Made by a program: the position numbers and the translations under genes. A DNA stretch of 53,777 nt. Source: a virus. Its lineage: Duplodnaviria > Caudoviricetes. The number at the start of each line of letters is the position of its first letter. Within the stretch, counting starts at the first letter, position 1. Positions 8,318 to 17,379 of the stretch are shown piece by piece. The notes below the pieces were generated by a model. That model had not been told where the DNA came from, searched no databases, and worked only from the letters and a program-made list of their open reading frames with translations. The stretch covers positions 1-53,777 of IMG/VR virus record IMGVR_UViG_3300012944_000029; one strand, given 5' to 3'.

Positions 8318-9109
8318 TCAACCAGGAATCGACCAGACCAAAGATTTGATGCTCGATTCGATCAGAGCTTTTGTTCCCCCGAACTGCAAAAATTGCCGAA
8401 GGTCCTTGGCCGGTGGAACGTAAGTAACTGTTGGGACGCCAAGGCGCATGGAGATTTTCTCCGCCCCATTCAACCCCGGTGCATCGTTGTCCGCCACGAT
8501 TACGGCTTGCTGAATATGCAGGCGTTTGAACGCGAGGCGTATCTCATTCTCGCCACAATTGCAGCTTGGCCGGCCAACAGCCCAGAATCCGAGCGTCAAC
8601 GCCGCGGCACAATCAGTGGGTCCTTCGCAAACCAGCGCTGTGCAGTTGCTCTGGGTATGCGGCAGGAAGATGCCTTGACGCGAACCCGTCACAGCCCATT
8701 TTCGGCCATTGTCGGCCCGCAACCGGATGCCGCAGGGATTTCCCCATTCATCACGCATCGGGAAGGCCCAGGCGTGATGAGGCGCAGCCCATGCGGCGGT
8801 CATTGCTTCCAAGGATTCGATCGAGACGCCAAGACTCGACGCCAAGTCTTCGATCGCATCCCGAGGCGTGTCCATGGCGAATTGTTCCATGAGGAACGTT
8901 GCGTTGATTTTTGGAGGCTCAGGCTTGGGGGGTGTCAGGTTGACTGGAGCGTGATCGCCGTTGAGTGGATGCAGCCACCCGCCATTGTGGACTTCTTTCT
9001 CCGATTGAACGCGCATGCAATTTACGAACTTCTGGCCGATCGCGCACCAGTCTGGACGACCGCAAACGGGACACGGGTTATGCTTAGTAACTTTGATCCA
9101 TGGAGTCAT
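8318..9109 (-). CDS. DNA primase (Zn-binding + TOPRIM)
   Basis: CPVCGRPDWC...C zinc finger; VCEGPTD and IVADND TOPRIM motifs. Confidence 0.85.
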   Translation of the reverse strand: MTPWIKVTKHNPCPVCGRPDWCAIGQKFVNCMRVQSEKEVHNGGWLHPLNGDHAPVNLTPPKPEPPKINATFLMEQFAMDTPRDAIEDLASSLGVSIESLEAMTAAWAAPHHAWAFPMRDEWGNPCGIRLRADNGRKWAVTGSRQGIFLPHTQSNCTALVCEGPTDCAAALTLGFWAVGRPSCNCGENEIRLAFKRLHIQQAVIVADNDAPGLNGAEKISMRLGVPTVTYVPPAKDLRQFLQFGGTKALIESSIKSLVWSIPG

Positions 9110-9368
9110 CATCGTCATCAAGGAAACCATTGGCTTCCATTCGGTCTATCATCCGATCGCAGGCGTCGGAGTCCGCCTGAAGAATCCACTCATCCCAAGA
9201 AGATCCCCACGTTTGGGTGTACCCAAAAATTCGAGACAAACCAGATTCCTCCCAATGTTTAGCGAAAGCCTCGTAGTGTGCCTCCACTTGCTCCACGTTC
9301 GGGATAAAATATAGAAGTATTGTTGGTTCCAGCGGCTTCGGATTTGCTCGGTATTCTTCTTCAGTCAT
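9084..9368 (-). CDS. Hypothetical acidic protein
   Basis: Fills the gap between helicase and primase; ATG 9368. Confidence 0.5.
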   Translation of the reverse strand: MTEEEYRANPKPLEPTILLYFIPNVEQVEAHYEAFAKHWEESGLSRIFGYTQTWGSSWDEWILQADSDACDRMIDRMEANGFLDDDDDSMDQSY

Positions 9369-9378
9369 CTGTTGCCTT

Positions 9379-11016
9379 TCATTTCCATTTTCGGCTGAGT
9401 TTCCCGATAATCGCTCCAGCCTGACCTTTCGACATTTTGTCAGGATTGATTCCGTGCCTTCGGAGCAGGTCTTTCTGAGGTCCGGTGGCAGGGACTTTTC
9501 CAGAAGACGACGGCATAGGTTTCGCCGCGCTCTTTGAAAATCCATCGAAAGCATCGACTGAATGGATGGAATAATTCGTGCGAGGCACTAAATGAGACCG
9601 CTTTGCCGCTTCCTGGAGTCTCACTTGCTCTGCTTTCTTGAGTCTCTCTTGTTCCAGTGCGATTTCGGCTTTATCCAAAGTCCGCGAAACACGGACAGGT
9701 TTCCCTTCTTCCTGAGCTTTTTTGATAGCGAATGCCCTCGCCTCATCGCTGACTTTACCGCCCAGAATATCCATGCAAGTTACCAGCTTGTGTTTGCCGC
9801 TGTTTCCGACGAAGTCTATTATTCGGCAGAACGGTTTGGCGCTGGCCGCAATCGCCGACAGCCGTTTCTCTGGCGTGTCCAAGTCTGGTCCGTCCACGAC
9901 GCCGGGCAGCGGCCTTGTCGAGCGCCCGACCATCTGCTGATAAAGAGCGGCGCTTTTCGTCGGCTTGGCCATGATGATGACCTCTACGCCGGGGTCGTCG
10001 AATCCCTCGGTGAATACAGCACAGTTCATTACGACACGCGTTTCGCCATTGAAAAAGCGTTCCAATGTCTGTTTCCGTTTGTCTTTGTTCGTTTCCCCGC
10101 AGACCCACTCAGCCATCCCAGGAAAGACACGATTGAAGATATTACAGCAAAGCTCCGCATGCAGGACCGATGCTGTAAATACTATCGCTCTACGCGGAAG
10201 GCGGTTTAGCGCTCTCAAGTAATCTCTCCATTGAGGAACCGGAGTGGAATCGAGTGTATGCGGAGGCAACGCGAATAGCACTTCGAGAGACGGCTGGCAT
10301 ACGCCAACAATGTTGGACTCAGCTTCCATCACAGCGGCAAGATCTCCACTGTTGAGATCCCCTGATGTTGTCCTGATATGTGAATAATCTAATCCGGCCA
10401 CACTCGCAAATTGTTGAGTGATGTCGCAAAGCCAACCATCCTGAATCCCGGTCAGGATGGGGTAATCCGCAGCGACGCTGGTGAACACTTGTCCGAGTGA
10501 TTCCTTGTCGAACCGGGTGGGCGTCGCGGTACACCCCATGATTCGCAAGTCGGGGTTCTGCTGGAAATAATTGATCACATCTCGGTAACTTTTCGAGGTT
10601 GCGTGATGGGCTTCGTCGATAATCAGCACGCCGAAGTCTTCCGGCTTGAACTTGCTCATGCGTTTCCGACCACGATATCCGGCGTTCAAAGTCTGAACTG
10701 TAGCAATAACGACAGGGAAGTTATTGTCGAATCCGTTCAGGGCATGATCCATGGATACGCTTTCGCCTGCCATTTCGATGCCGCATTCGAGTCCGGTTGT
10801 GGCTGTAATCTTGATGAATGGCTGCCGAACCAATTCTTCTCGGTGAGCAATAACCAACGCACGTTTAGGCTGCATCTTTGCGATAACATCGGCAAAGATT
10901 ATGGTTTTGCCTCCACCTGTGTACAGCACCAGCAGTGTTGACTTCTCGGTGGCCCATTCCGCTCTAATCTTTTCAGAACATGTGACCTGATAATCCCGAA
11001 GCTGGAACGGATTCAT
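9379..11016 (-). CDS. SF2 DEAH-box helicase
   Basis: LRDYQ, TGGGKT, IIDEAHH, TAT, TEGFD and QMVGRSTR motifs. Confidence 0.95.
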   Translation of the reverse strand: MNPFQLRDYQVTCSEKIRAEWATEKSTLLVLYTGGGKTIIFADVIAKMQPKRALVIAHREELVRQPFIKITATTGLECGIEMAGESVSMDHALNGFDNNFPVVIATVQTLNAGYRGRKRMSKFKPEDFGVLIIDEAHHATSKSYRDVINYFQQNPDLRIMGCTATPTRFDKESLGQVFTSVAADYPILTGIQDGWLCDITQQFASVAGLDYSHIRTTSGDLNSGDLAAVMEAESNIVGVCQPSLEVLFALPPHTLDSTPVPQWRDYLRALNRLPRRAIVFTASVLHAELCCNIFNRVFPGMAEWVCGETNKDKRKQTLERFFNGETRVVMNCAVFTEGFDDPGVEVIIMAKPTKSAALYQQMVGRSTRPLPGVVDGPDLDTPEKRLSAIAASAKPFCRIIDFVGNSGKHKLVTCMDILGGKVSDEARAFAIKKAQEEGKPVRVSRTLDKAEIALEQERLKKAEQVRLQEAAKRSHLVPRTNYSIHSVDAFDGFSKSAAKPMPSSSGKVPATGPQKDLLRRHGINPDKMSKGQAGAIIGKLSRKWK

Positions 11017-11804
11017 TGCTTTGCCTCAATTGCGCGCTCACGAATGATGCGAAGCTCCTCGGGCGCATTCTTCTCGTAGGAGAATTTTGAGACAAGCCCA
11101 ACGCCTTTGCAGTTTAAGCACCCTTTGTTCATTCTGTAGTGCCCCTGACAGTAAAGACAGACCGCATACGGTTTGGCATCAGTCAGATATTGATATGCCC
11201 TTGAGAGGTGATCAATCGCGGCTGGAGACACGCACCGGAAGAGTGGATCATCAGCCTTTTTAGCGTTCTCAATGGCTGTCTTGGCCTTAGACACCGCAGT
11301 CATCAGGTCCTGGACATCTTGCGAGCGGTGCCAGAACTCCAAGGCCTCTTCTGGAATTGGGTATCCAGAAGCATCCAATTCTATGATCTTGGTCGGATTG
11401 TCTTCCCCTATGTTTTGATCTGTTTTGCCATTCCCCCTATGTTTCTCAGTTTTGAGAGGCATAGGGGACGCATTCGAGTTCCCCTTATTAGTGGCATCAG
11501 AGGCGTTCTTTTTCGGAACGTTTGGTTCAATCGGTTTGTCCTGGCATAGGGGAGGTTCAAGAAGCAACTTATGATCTGAAAGTAGTCTGTAGGTCTTAGT
11601 TTTGCTAATGCCGAGATACTTTTCCCGGTACTCGTCAAAGCTGGCGTAATGCAACTTCCACAGCTTACGTTCATGAACCTCCTGCAAGGCCGGACCAGAG
11701 ATTTCGCCTTGGGATATGAACTCTTTGAGAATTGCTCCAGTCCTCCCGAATGCCTGCTCGGGAGTACCGTGCCATTTACCGGAAACCGATTTGGAATTGT
11801 CCAT
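11013..11804 (-). CDS. Putative DNA-binding replication-module protein with C-terminal Zn finger
   Basis: LWKLHYASFDEY...LGISK..YRL helix-turn-helix-like N-terminus; CLYC...CLNC; first gene of the helicase-primase operon. Confidence 0.55.
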   Translation of the reverse strand: MDNSKSVSGKWHGTPEQAFGRTGAILKEFISQGEISGPALQEVHERKLWKLHYASFDEYREKYLGISKTKTYRLLSDHKLLLEPPLCQDKPIEPNVPKKNASDATNKGNSNASPMPLKTEKHRGNGKTDQNIGEDNPTKIIELDASGYPIPEEALEFWHRSQDVQDLMTAVSKAKTAIENAKKADDPLFRCVSPAAIDHLSRAYQYLTDAKPYAVCLYCQGHYRMNKGCLNCKGVGLVSKFSYEKNAPEELRIIRERAIEAKQ

Positions 11805-11946
11805 TCAAGCCTTAAAAGCAATAGCCCGCGCTGGACCGCAGGGAAAGATCGAAGCTGGCGCTAAGACGAAACCCCGACGACACGAGCTATTGTTTTTAAG
11901 ATTTGAGTGAATCACTTTCATCGGCGGTCCATCGTCGATGTCCAAA

Positions 11947-11975
11947 TACCTATCCGAACCGCGTCAGAAGTGCAA
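11947..11975 (-). promoter_or_regulatory. Promoter for the replication operon
   Basis: TTGCAC-N17-TAGGTA on the minus strand. Confidence 0.5.
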
Positions 11976-11983
11976 GCGGAAAT

Positions 11984-13012
11984 TTACGAGTAAGGCAGTC
12001 CCGTAGTTTGCGTCACGAGTCCGGCCAATCCGTCAGCCGAGTTGCTGTTCACCAGATCGTATGCCGGATCTTTCAGGGAGTTGTATCCCATGTTGCTCGC
12101 CGTTTCGAACTCGTACATGACGGTCGGCATCGGAAGACCGAAGTGGAACCAGCGATTATCTCGCACTCCGATTCCAGAATTGAAAAGCTTCACCATCATT
12201 GAGTCCGTCCACACGGTTCCGCGATGCACCCACACGGTTTCCAGTCTGCCATCGAAGACTGTGCCCGCGCCGCCTCGCGCGCCCAACAGCAGACCCGCGC
12301 CGACTCCCCTCATTCCTGCTGAATGGACGATATTTGTCTGTACACCGTTGAGCCAGATTCTCAGCTTCTGACCGAGCGCGTCAAAGGATGCAGCGACCAG
12401 GTACCACGTGTTGAGATTAACTGGGGCTGTTTTTACCACGCCAGAAGCGGAGCCACCGGCGTCAATGATGTTGAAATAAAACGTGTTGTCCGATCCGTCG
12501 TATCCTAGCAGAAATTGCTCGTTTCCACCACCCGTCCATCTCGCAATCAAGTCCGACGCGGCAAGATCTTGATTCATCCACACAAAGGCCCCGATCGTGA
12601 ATGACGTGTTTGCGGGCATGAATGGTCCTGGCAAGGCGCTATCGTTTGCCATTGACATGAAATTGGAAGATGTCGCGCCGATACGGAATCGAGCTGAGAA
12701 GGAAGCGCCATCAACGGGATCACCCGCCCATGGCGCACAAACGTCTGGGCATGGTGGGCAATAGATCACCTGACGCCAGCGCCCGGCTCCGGTCACTGCT
12801 GTCGGTTTTATGACGCTCGTGCCGTTATCCGCAAGCACGGAATTCTTGTCGTAGGAATAGACCCCATTCAGCACACCATCGTACGCCGCGACTGATCCGA
12901 GGAGCACGCCCATGGCGAGATGCACCGGATCAGGACCGAGACGCATCTTCGCGATCGTCTCAAAGATCCAGGGGTCTGGATCGAGCCTTTTATTAAAAAT
13001 CACCTCAGGCAC
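11984..13012 (-). CDS. Virion protein: docking-like N-domain + LamG/concanavalin-A-like lectin domain
   Basis: SFTIGAFVW, NTWYLVAASFD, LRIWLNG, LLLGA and FDGRL are LamG hallmarks; N-domain paralogous to 758..1033. Confidence 0.8.
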   Translation of the reverse strand: MPEVIFNKRLDPDPWIFETIAKMRLGPDPVHLAMGVLLGSVAAYDGVLNGVYSYDKNSVLADNGTSVIKPTAVTGAGRWRQVIYCPPCPDVCAPWAGDPVDGASFSARFRIGATSSNFMSMANDSALPGPFMPANTSFTIGAFVWMNQDLAASDLIARWTGGGNEQFLLGYDGSDNTFYFNIIDAGGSASGVVKTAPVNLNTWYLVAASFDALGQKLRIWLNGVQTNIVHSAGMRGVGAGLLLGARGGAGTVFDGRLETVWVHRGTVWTDSMMVKLFNSGIGVRDNRWFHFGLPMPTVMYEFETASNMGYNSLKDPAYDLVNSNSADGLAGLVTQTTGLPYS

Positions 13013-13014
13013 AA

Positions 13015-13263
13015 TTAGAGAAGTTTGATCCAGCGGCCAACAGGGTAAGGGCTGGCAATGATGGTTGTGCCGTTGTCCGGGGCATTGGACGTGGGATCGT
13101 AGCCGAACATTCCAAAGACCGTGTTATCGAAAGCCACCGTGCCGCCAAGGAGAAATCCGATGTCTCGATTGTTCGGGTTCGGGCTGAGTCTCATCTTGGC
13201 GACTGTCTCGAAGACCCAACAGTTCGCCTCGACACGGAGGTTGGCTTGGAGATTCAGCGCCAT
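13015..13263 (-). CDS. Small virion protein, paralogue of the docking-like domain
   Basis: FETVAKMRL...LLGG...DNGTTII...GRWIKL. Confidence 0.65.
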   Translation of the reverse strand: MALNLQANLRVEANCWVFETVAKMRLSPNPNNRDIGFLLGGTVAFDNTVFGMFGYDPTSNAPDNGTTIIASPYPVGRWIKLL

Positions 13264-13294
13264 TTAGGCAACGGTAACAGCATTATCGGGCCTA

Positions 13295-13927
13295 TCAAGC
13301 CGGGATTAGGATGCGTTGGGCGAGTCGGCGAACGGCGATTTCGCAATACTCCTCGTTGATCTCAATTCCGGTGGCTCTAAGGCCCTTAAGTTTAGCGGCC
13401 ACAAGGGTTGTTCCTGAGCCCATGAAAGGGTCCAGTACGGTTTGGGCTTCTGGGACCTGGCCGAGGCACCACGTCATCAGCGAAAGCGGTTTTTGGGTGG
13501 GGTGCACCTTCCCATCCTGCAGAAGTTGGCCACGAGAAAAGTCGAAAACTCGGACCGCCTTTTTCAGGTTGGTCCACGCCATCTCTGCGTCCGCAAAATC
13601 GAAGTTGCGTTGCATTTTGTTCCATACAAGCCAGCAGGAAGAAGGCGGAAGTAAAAAGTAATTGCCACCCCAAATGACTTGATATTGAGCAGCTTGCCGC
13701 ATGAGAACAATCACGGCTTCATCACATGGCGAGGCGTCCCAATCCGTTTTACCATAGTTTCGGAAACCCCATTGGCCATTATTTTTGGCCATTCCTTTAT
13801 CTGCAGAAATGCCATAAGGCGGGTCCGTCAACAGCAGATCAAACTTCCCAAGCGACGGCAAAATGGTGCGGCAATCGCCGCAATAAATCGTGATCCCGTC
13901 CTCACAATAGAATGGCTCAGGGCTCAT
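13295..13927 (-). CDS. DNA N6-adenine/N4-cytosine methyltransferase (beta class)
   Basis: TDPPYG, HPTQKP and LDPFMGSGTT in beta order; ATG 13927 coupled to the upstream stop. Confidence 0.95.
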   Translation of the reverse strand: MSPEPFYCEDGITIYCGDCRTILPSLGKFDLLLTDPPYGISADKGMAKNNGQWGFRNYGKTDWDASPCDEAVIVLMRQAAQYQVIWGGNYFLLPPSSCWLVWNKMQRNFDFADAEMAWTNLKKAVRVFDFSRGQLLQDGKVHPTQKPLSLMTWCLGQVPEAQTVLDPFMGSGTTLVAAKLKGLRATGIEINEEYCEIAVRRLAQRILIPA

Positions 13928-14184
13928 GGTTTGCGCGTGACAATGCGGAACACGCTGAGCATCACCTTGTCCTGCCACAGTTCGCTGCGGTCGGGATATT
14001 CCCGAATGTGGATCTTGAGTTCTTCAAGGAGATGCTTGGCCAATCCAGGATTCGTCGTGACTTGCTCGAAGACCTTGGCGGGCAGACGTTCCTTGATCTG
14101 GCCAGAGAGCCACGCCTCCTTGCTCTCCATGATCTGAACAGCCAAGTCGTTTATCCTGGCGGATTGTTCGCCGTTAGATTGCAT
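13924..14184 (-). CDS. Hypothetical protein
   Basis: Coupled ORF in the operon. Confidence 0.55.
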   Translation of the reverse strand: MQSNGEQSARINDLAVQIMESKEAWLSGQIKERLPAKVFEQVTTNPGLAKHLLEELKIHIREYPDRSELWQDKVMLSVFRIVTRKP

Positions 14185-14467
14185 GCCATCTCCCATTCGT
14201 GGACGTGTAACTCAATATTGGCCTCATAATATCTCCCATCCCATGAGGCCATGCCCTGGTCTGAATTTCAAGCCAAGGCGATTGCGGAAAACCGGGCATG
14301 AGAAGGTACGTCCTGAACTCCTCCACGACCGCGGACGTAAGCCCATCGCGTGGCACGATAATGTCTCCGGTTCTGATCCAGTTGCGTGCGTAGAGCAGCG
14401 CTCCGGGCAGAATCATTGGCGCGACTGCCGCCTTCAGGATTTTTAACAGGAATGATCGTCGGTTCAT
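14174..14467 (-). CDS. Twin-arginine-motif mini-protein carrying a capsid-like segment
   Basis: ATG 14467 overlaps the upstream TGA; MNRRSFLL plus a hydrophobic stretch; FPQSPWL...W..GMGDI matches the MCP N-terminus. Confidence 0.7.
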   Translation of the reverse strand: MNRRSFLLKILKAAVAPMILPGALLYARNWIRTGDIIVPRDGLTSAVVEEFRTYLLMPGFPQSPWLEIQTRAWPHGMGDIMRPILSYTSTNGRWHAI

Positions 14468-15120
14468 GCGGGGTGTGTGAAATTTACATCGTCGATTGCC
14501 GCGTCCAGCGCGTCGGGCCGCCGGAAAGCGCACCATCCATTTCGGTCGTCCAGATCATCAGCGATGACGCGCCATCCCTTTTCGATGAGCAGATTTCGGT
14601 TTCTGACGTTCTTGTGCGCACGCGCAGGATGCGTATCATCCAACGCGATTATGTCGCATCTCGGCAGCAGGATGTCCATCTCAGCACTGCTCGACCATTC
14701 CCCACCGTCGAGCAGGAGCAAGTCGATATGCATCGGTAAATCAGCCAAGACATTCGGCGCAGCCATGAACTGGCCACGGAGAAAGTCGTATCCGAGCGGA
14801 CCGCGCATCTCCTCACCACCCGGGTGTGCGTAAGGCTCAAAGCCATCGTCTGGTGCGATCCTGCCACAAAGGAGCGTGATCTGATCGTAACCTGCCCAGG
14901 CTCGTAACGCCTCATCAAAGAGGCCCATGTCAATCTCGACCGAGACCAAGCGCTGGTCGGGAAGCTCGATGCCCATGGCGAGGCACCGCGTGGACCCTTG
15001 GCCATGCCAGGTTCCAAGCTCGACGATCGTTTCGGCCTTCCGGGCCAGTCCCGTGAGGAGATCGCCGAATGGCGTGCCTTCGCAGATTTGGCCTAAGGAC
15101 GATACGGTTTCGTTTTGCAT
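14464..15120 (-). CDS. Class I SAM-dependent (sugar O-) methyltransferase
   Basis: IVELGTWHGQGST motif I, VSVEID, LLLLDGG, IIALDD. Confidence 0.8.
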   Translation of the reverse strand: MQNETVSSLGQICEGTPFGDLLTGLARKAETIVELGTWHGQGSTRCLAMGIELPDQRLVSVEIDMGLFDEALRAWAGYDQITLLCGRIAPDDGFEPYAHPGGEEMRGPLGYDFLRGQFMAAPNVLADLPMHIDLLLLDGGEWSSSAEMDILLPRCDIIALDDTHPARAHKNVRNRNLLIEKGWRVIADDLDDRNGWCAFRRPDALDAAIDDVNFTHPA

Positions 15121-15830
15121 GAGTTGACTTCTGTGTAAATCCGGGCGAATGCTTCGGTCGGTTTCACGACCATAGGCCATGTCAACATCTCGTTCCAGCC
15201 GTACTGATCATGGTCACGTCCAATATGGATTGGGTCCTTGAAGTCTGGCCAAGGATTCCACCAACGCCCGCCGCGGAAAATATATCCCATTTCCTGGTCC
15301 CATACAGGCGTTATCTCTTCTTCGGGATCGTGTAGGTTTGGATACTGGCGATAATGAAGCAATCGGCACACCGCTGAGTGTTTCATCAGAGTTAACGGAC
15401 CTTCGGGATTTCCACAGGTCTGCGAGCAACACAGAATCTCGGGGCGATCCCAAAATTCCCGGATGAGCGAATCTAAATTGATATCACCAATAAAAGCATC
15501 ATGATCATAATGAATCAGGATATCCCATTCAGTCCCGCGATTAGCCGCAAATGCAAACCCGGCAGTGAATGCCGCTTTGCCATAATGCCGCCGATGGCCA
15601 GAAAATTCGGAGTCCCATTCGACACCAGCATTTATTACTGGAACGTCTGGAATCGGATTAAATGCGGGGTCGGAATATGTGCCGCTTGAGGCGAATAATC
15701 CAATTGGAGAAAAAAGTCTCTCAGCGCGTTCCTTCCACGCCACTAAGCCGCACATTCCGTTATGGTGGAGGTTCGCCATTTCTTTGGTTCTCCAATAGGC
15801 TACTGAGAACACTAACAGTCTGTGAGTCAC
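15093..15830 (-). CDS. Putative GT-A glycosyltransferase
   Basis: WDILIHYDHDAFI DxD motif; cluster context. Confidence 0.55.
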   Translation of the reverse strand: MTHRLLVFSVAYWRTKEMANLHHNGMCGLVAWKERAERLFSPIGLFASSGTYSDPAFNPIPDVPVINAGVEWDSEFSGHRRHYGKAAFTAGFAFAANRGTEWDILIHYDHDAFIGDINLDSLIREFWDRPEILCCSQTCGNPEGPLTLMKHSAVCRLLHYRQYPNLHDPEEEITPVWDQEMGYIFRGGRWWNPWPDFKDPIHIGRDHDQYGWNEMLTWPMVVKPTEAFARIYTEVNSCKTKPYRP

Positions 15831-15934
15831 ATTATTGGATTGCAGTTCCCGAAGAGGTCCGTAAGATGGTTGCAGTGAGCGCCGGTTGTCGCCGGACGCC
15901 CACCACTTGACACAACAAAGTTGCGATCATCGTT

Positions 15935-16585
15935 ATGCCCAATGAAGTCTTGCCTGTCGGTTCTGTTTTTTCCAGATTAAAAGTCATCTCGGCTGCCCCG
16001 CCCATGGTATATCCGAGTGGCCAAGTCGGGGCCAGGAGCGTTTGCGTGTGCGATTGCGGAAAGGAACACATCGTGACAAATAACAACCTCAAACGGGGTG
16101 CTGTTCGTTCATGCGGGTGCCTAGGAGTTGAAATGAGGCAGAAGTCCAATTTTAAACATGGACATTCTAGGGGTGGCCATGTTTCCAAAGCTATGAGGGT
16201 TTGGCGCCATATGATTGAGCGTTGTTGCAATCCCCATTCCATCAATTTCGAGCGTTATGGAGCCAGGGGAATTACGGTCTGTGATCGTTGGAAGGTGTTC
16301 ACTAATTGGCTTGAAGATATGGGAGAGCCTCCCGATGGGCTTACCTTGGAGAGAATCAAGAATGACGGCAACTATGAACCCGCAAACGTGAAGTGGGATA
16401 CGATTAAAAATCAATGCCGGAATAAGCGTAACAATGTCATGGTCACCATTGGTGGAGTTACCACTACGCTGATTGAGATTTGCGAACGATTTGGAAAGCC
16501 TATTTCCCTCGCAAGGAAGAGACTGAGGAAAGGATGGCCCGCTGATCGAGCCATTTTCGAAAAGAGTCGGAGAGATCATCATTGA
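15935..16585 (+). CDS. Free-standing HNH homing endonuclease
   Basis: CVCDCG...SCGC, WRHMIERC, YGARGITVCDRW, LERIKNDGNYEPANVKW, RNKRNN and a C-terminal HTH-like segment. Confidence 0.9.
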   Translation: MPNEVLPVGSVFSRLKVISAAPPMVYPSGQVGARSVCVCDCGKEHIVTNNNLKRGAVRSCGCLGVEMRQKSNFKHGHSRGGHVSKAMRVWRHMIERCCNPHSINFERYGARGITVCDRWKVFTNWLEDMGEPPDGLTLERIKNDGNYEPANVKWDTIKNQCRNKRNNVMVTIGGVTTTLIEICERFGKPISLARKRLRKGWPADRAIFEKSRRDHH

Positions 16586-17379
16586 ACACGATCCACGAGA
16601 CACTCCTCATCCACGAAAGGGAAGTAATCCTTCAGCTTCACGGGGAACTTCGTGACGTTTTGAAGTGCACGCCATTTGTCCACGAGCCCGGTGTAAAGAT
16701 GGCCCTTGGGGTTATTGTGGCTGCCGTAATATTCCTGCTTGAATCTCACCTGAGCCTCTGTGGCGTAGGCGAAATGGTCGAATACGATGCCTTCCGATTC
16801 CGTCTCGGCATGCGTGAATGGATTCAGCGTCAATCCATCAATGACCGGTGGCTCATGTCTTTCAAAGCGCATACCCGGGACAAAGCGCCAGGCTCTCAAC
16901 CACTCGTACTCAGTGTGGTTACCAAAGCCGTTGCGCGTGGCAATAACGAGATCGCGTCCGACGAAATAGCGACAGTAAAAGTACGCGGAGTTCTTCGATC
17001 TGTCGCGCTGAAACATCGCCACCAACGCCTCAATCTGCTCAGCGGTCCAACACTCGTCACTATCGACTTGGAGGAGAATTGTGGGTTCATAAATTGTCTC
17101 CAGAATTCGGTTGAACATGGCCGCTTTCCCTGGCCATTCGGATCGCCTGAACACATGCACACGCGAGTCGAAAGCACGCACGGAATCCAGGTATTCTGTC
17201 GTGCCGTCCTGAGACAGGCGCGGGGCCATCTTCGAGACCCATGATGTGTCCAACACAGGCGCGGCGACACCTTCCGCCACGAGCCATTCCCAGTCGCTCT
17301 TGAGCTTGCGAAATTCTGGGTAATGGAGCGTCACGAAGGGCATGGCGTCGAGGGCGATCGTTACGATGGTGATTTTCAT
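16579..17379 (-). CDS. GT2-like glycosyltransferase
   Basis: MKITIVTIALDAMPF start; SQDGT; LLQVDSDECW DxD; HEP and HFAY motifs. Confidence 0.8.
   Translation of the reverse strand: MKITIVTIALDAMPFVTLHYPEFRKLKSDWEWLVAEGVAAPVLDTSWVSKMAPRLSQDGTTEYLDSVRAFDSRVHVFRRSEWPGKAAMFNRILETIYEPTILLQVDSDECWTAEQIEALVAMFQRDRSKNSAYFYCRYFVGRDLVIATRNGFGNHTEYEWLRAWRFVPGMRFERHEPPVIDGLTLNPFTHAETESEGIVFDHFAYATEAQVRFKQEYYGSHNNPKGHLYTGLVDKWRALQNVTKFPVKLKDYFPFVDEECLVDRVQ

Noticed and set aside
8393-10209. Long plus-strand ORFs opposite primase and helicase (also 22677-24830 and 45112-47699)
   Set aside because: Antisense shadows of GC-rich genes with no motifs or RBS.
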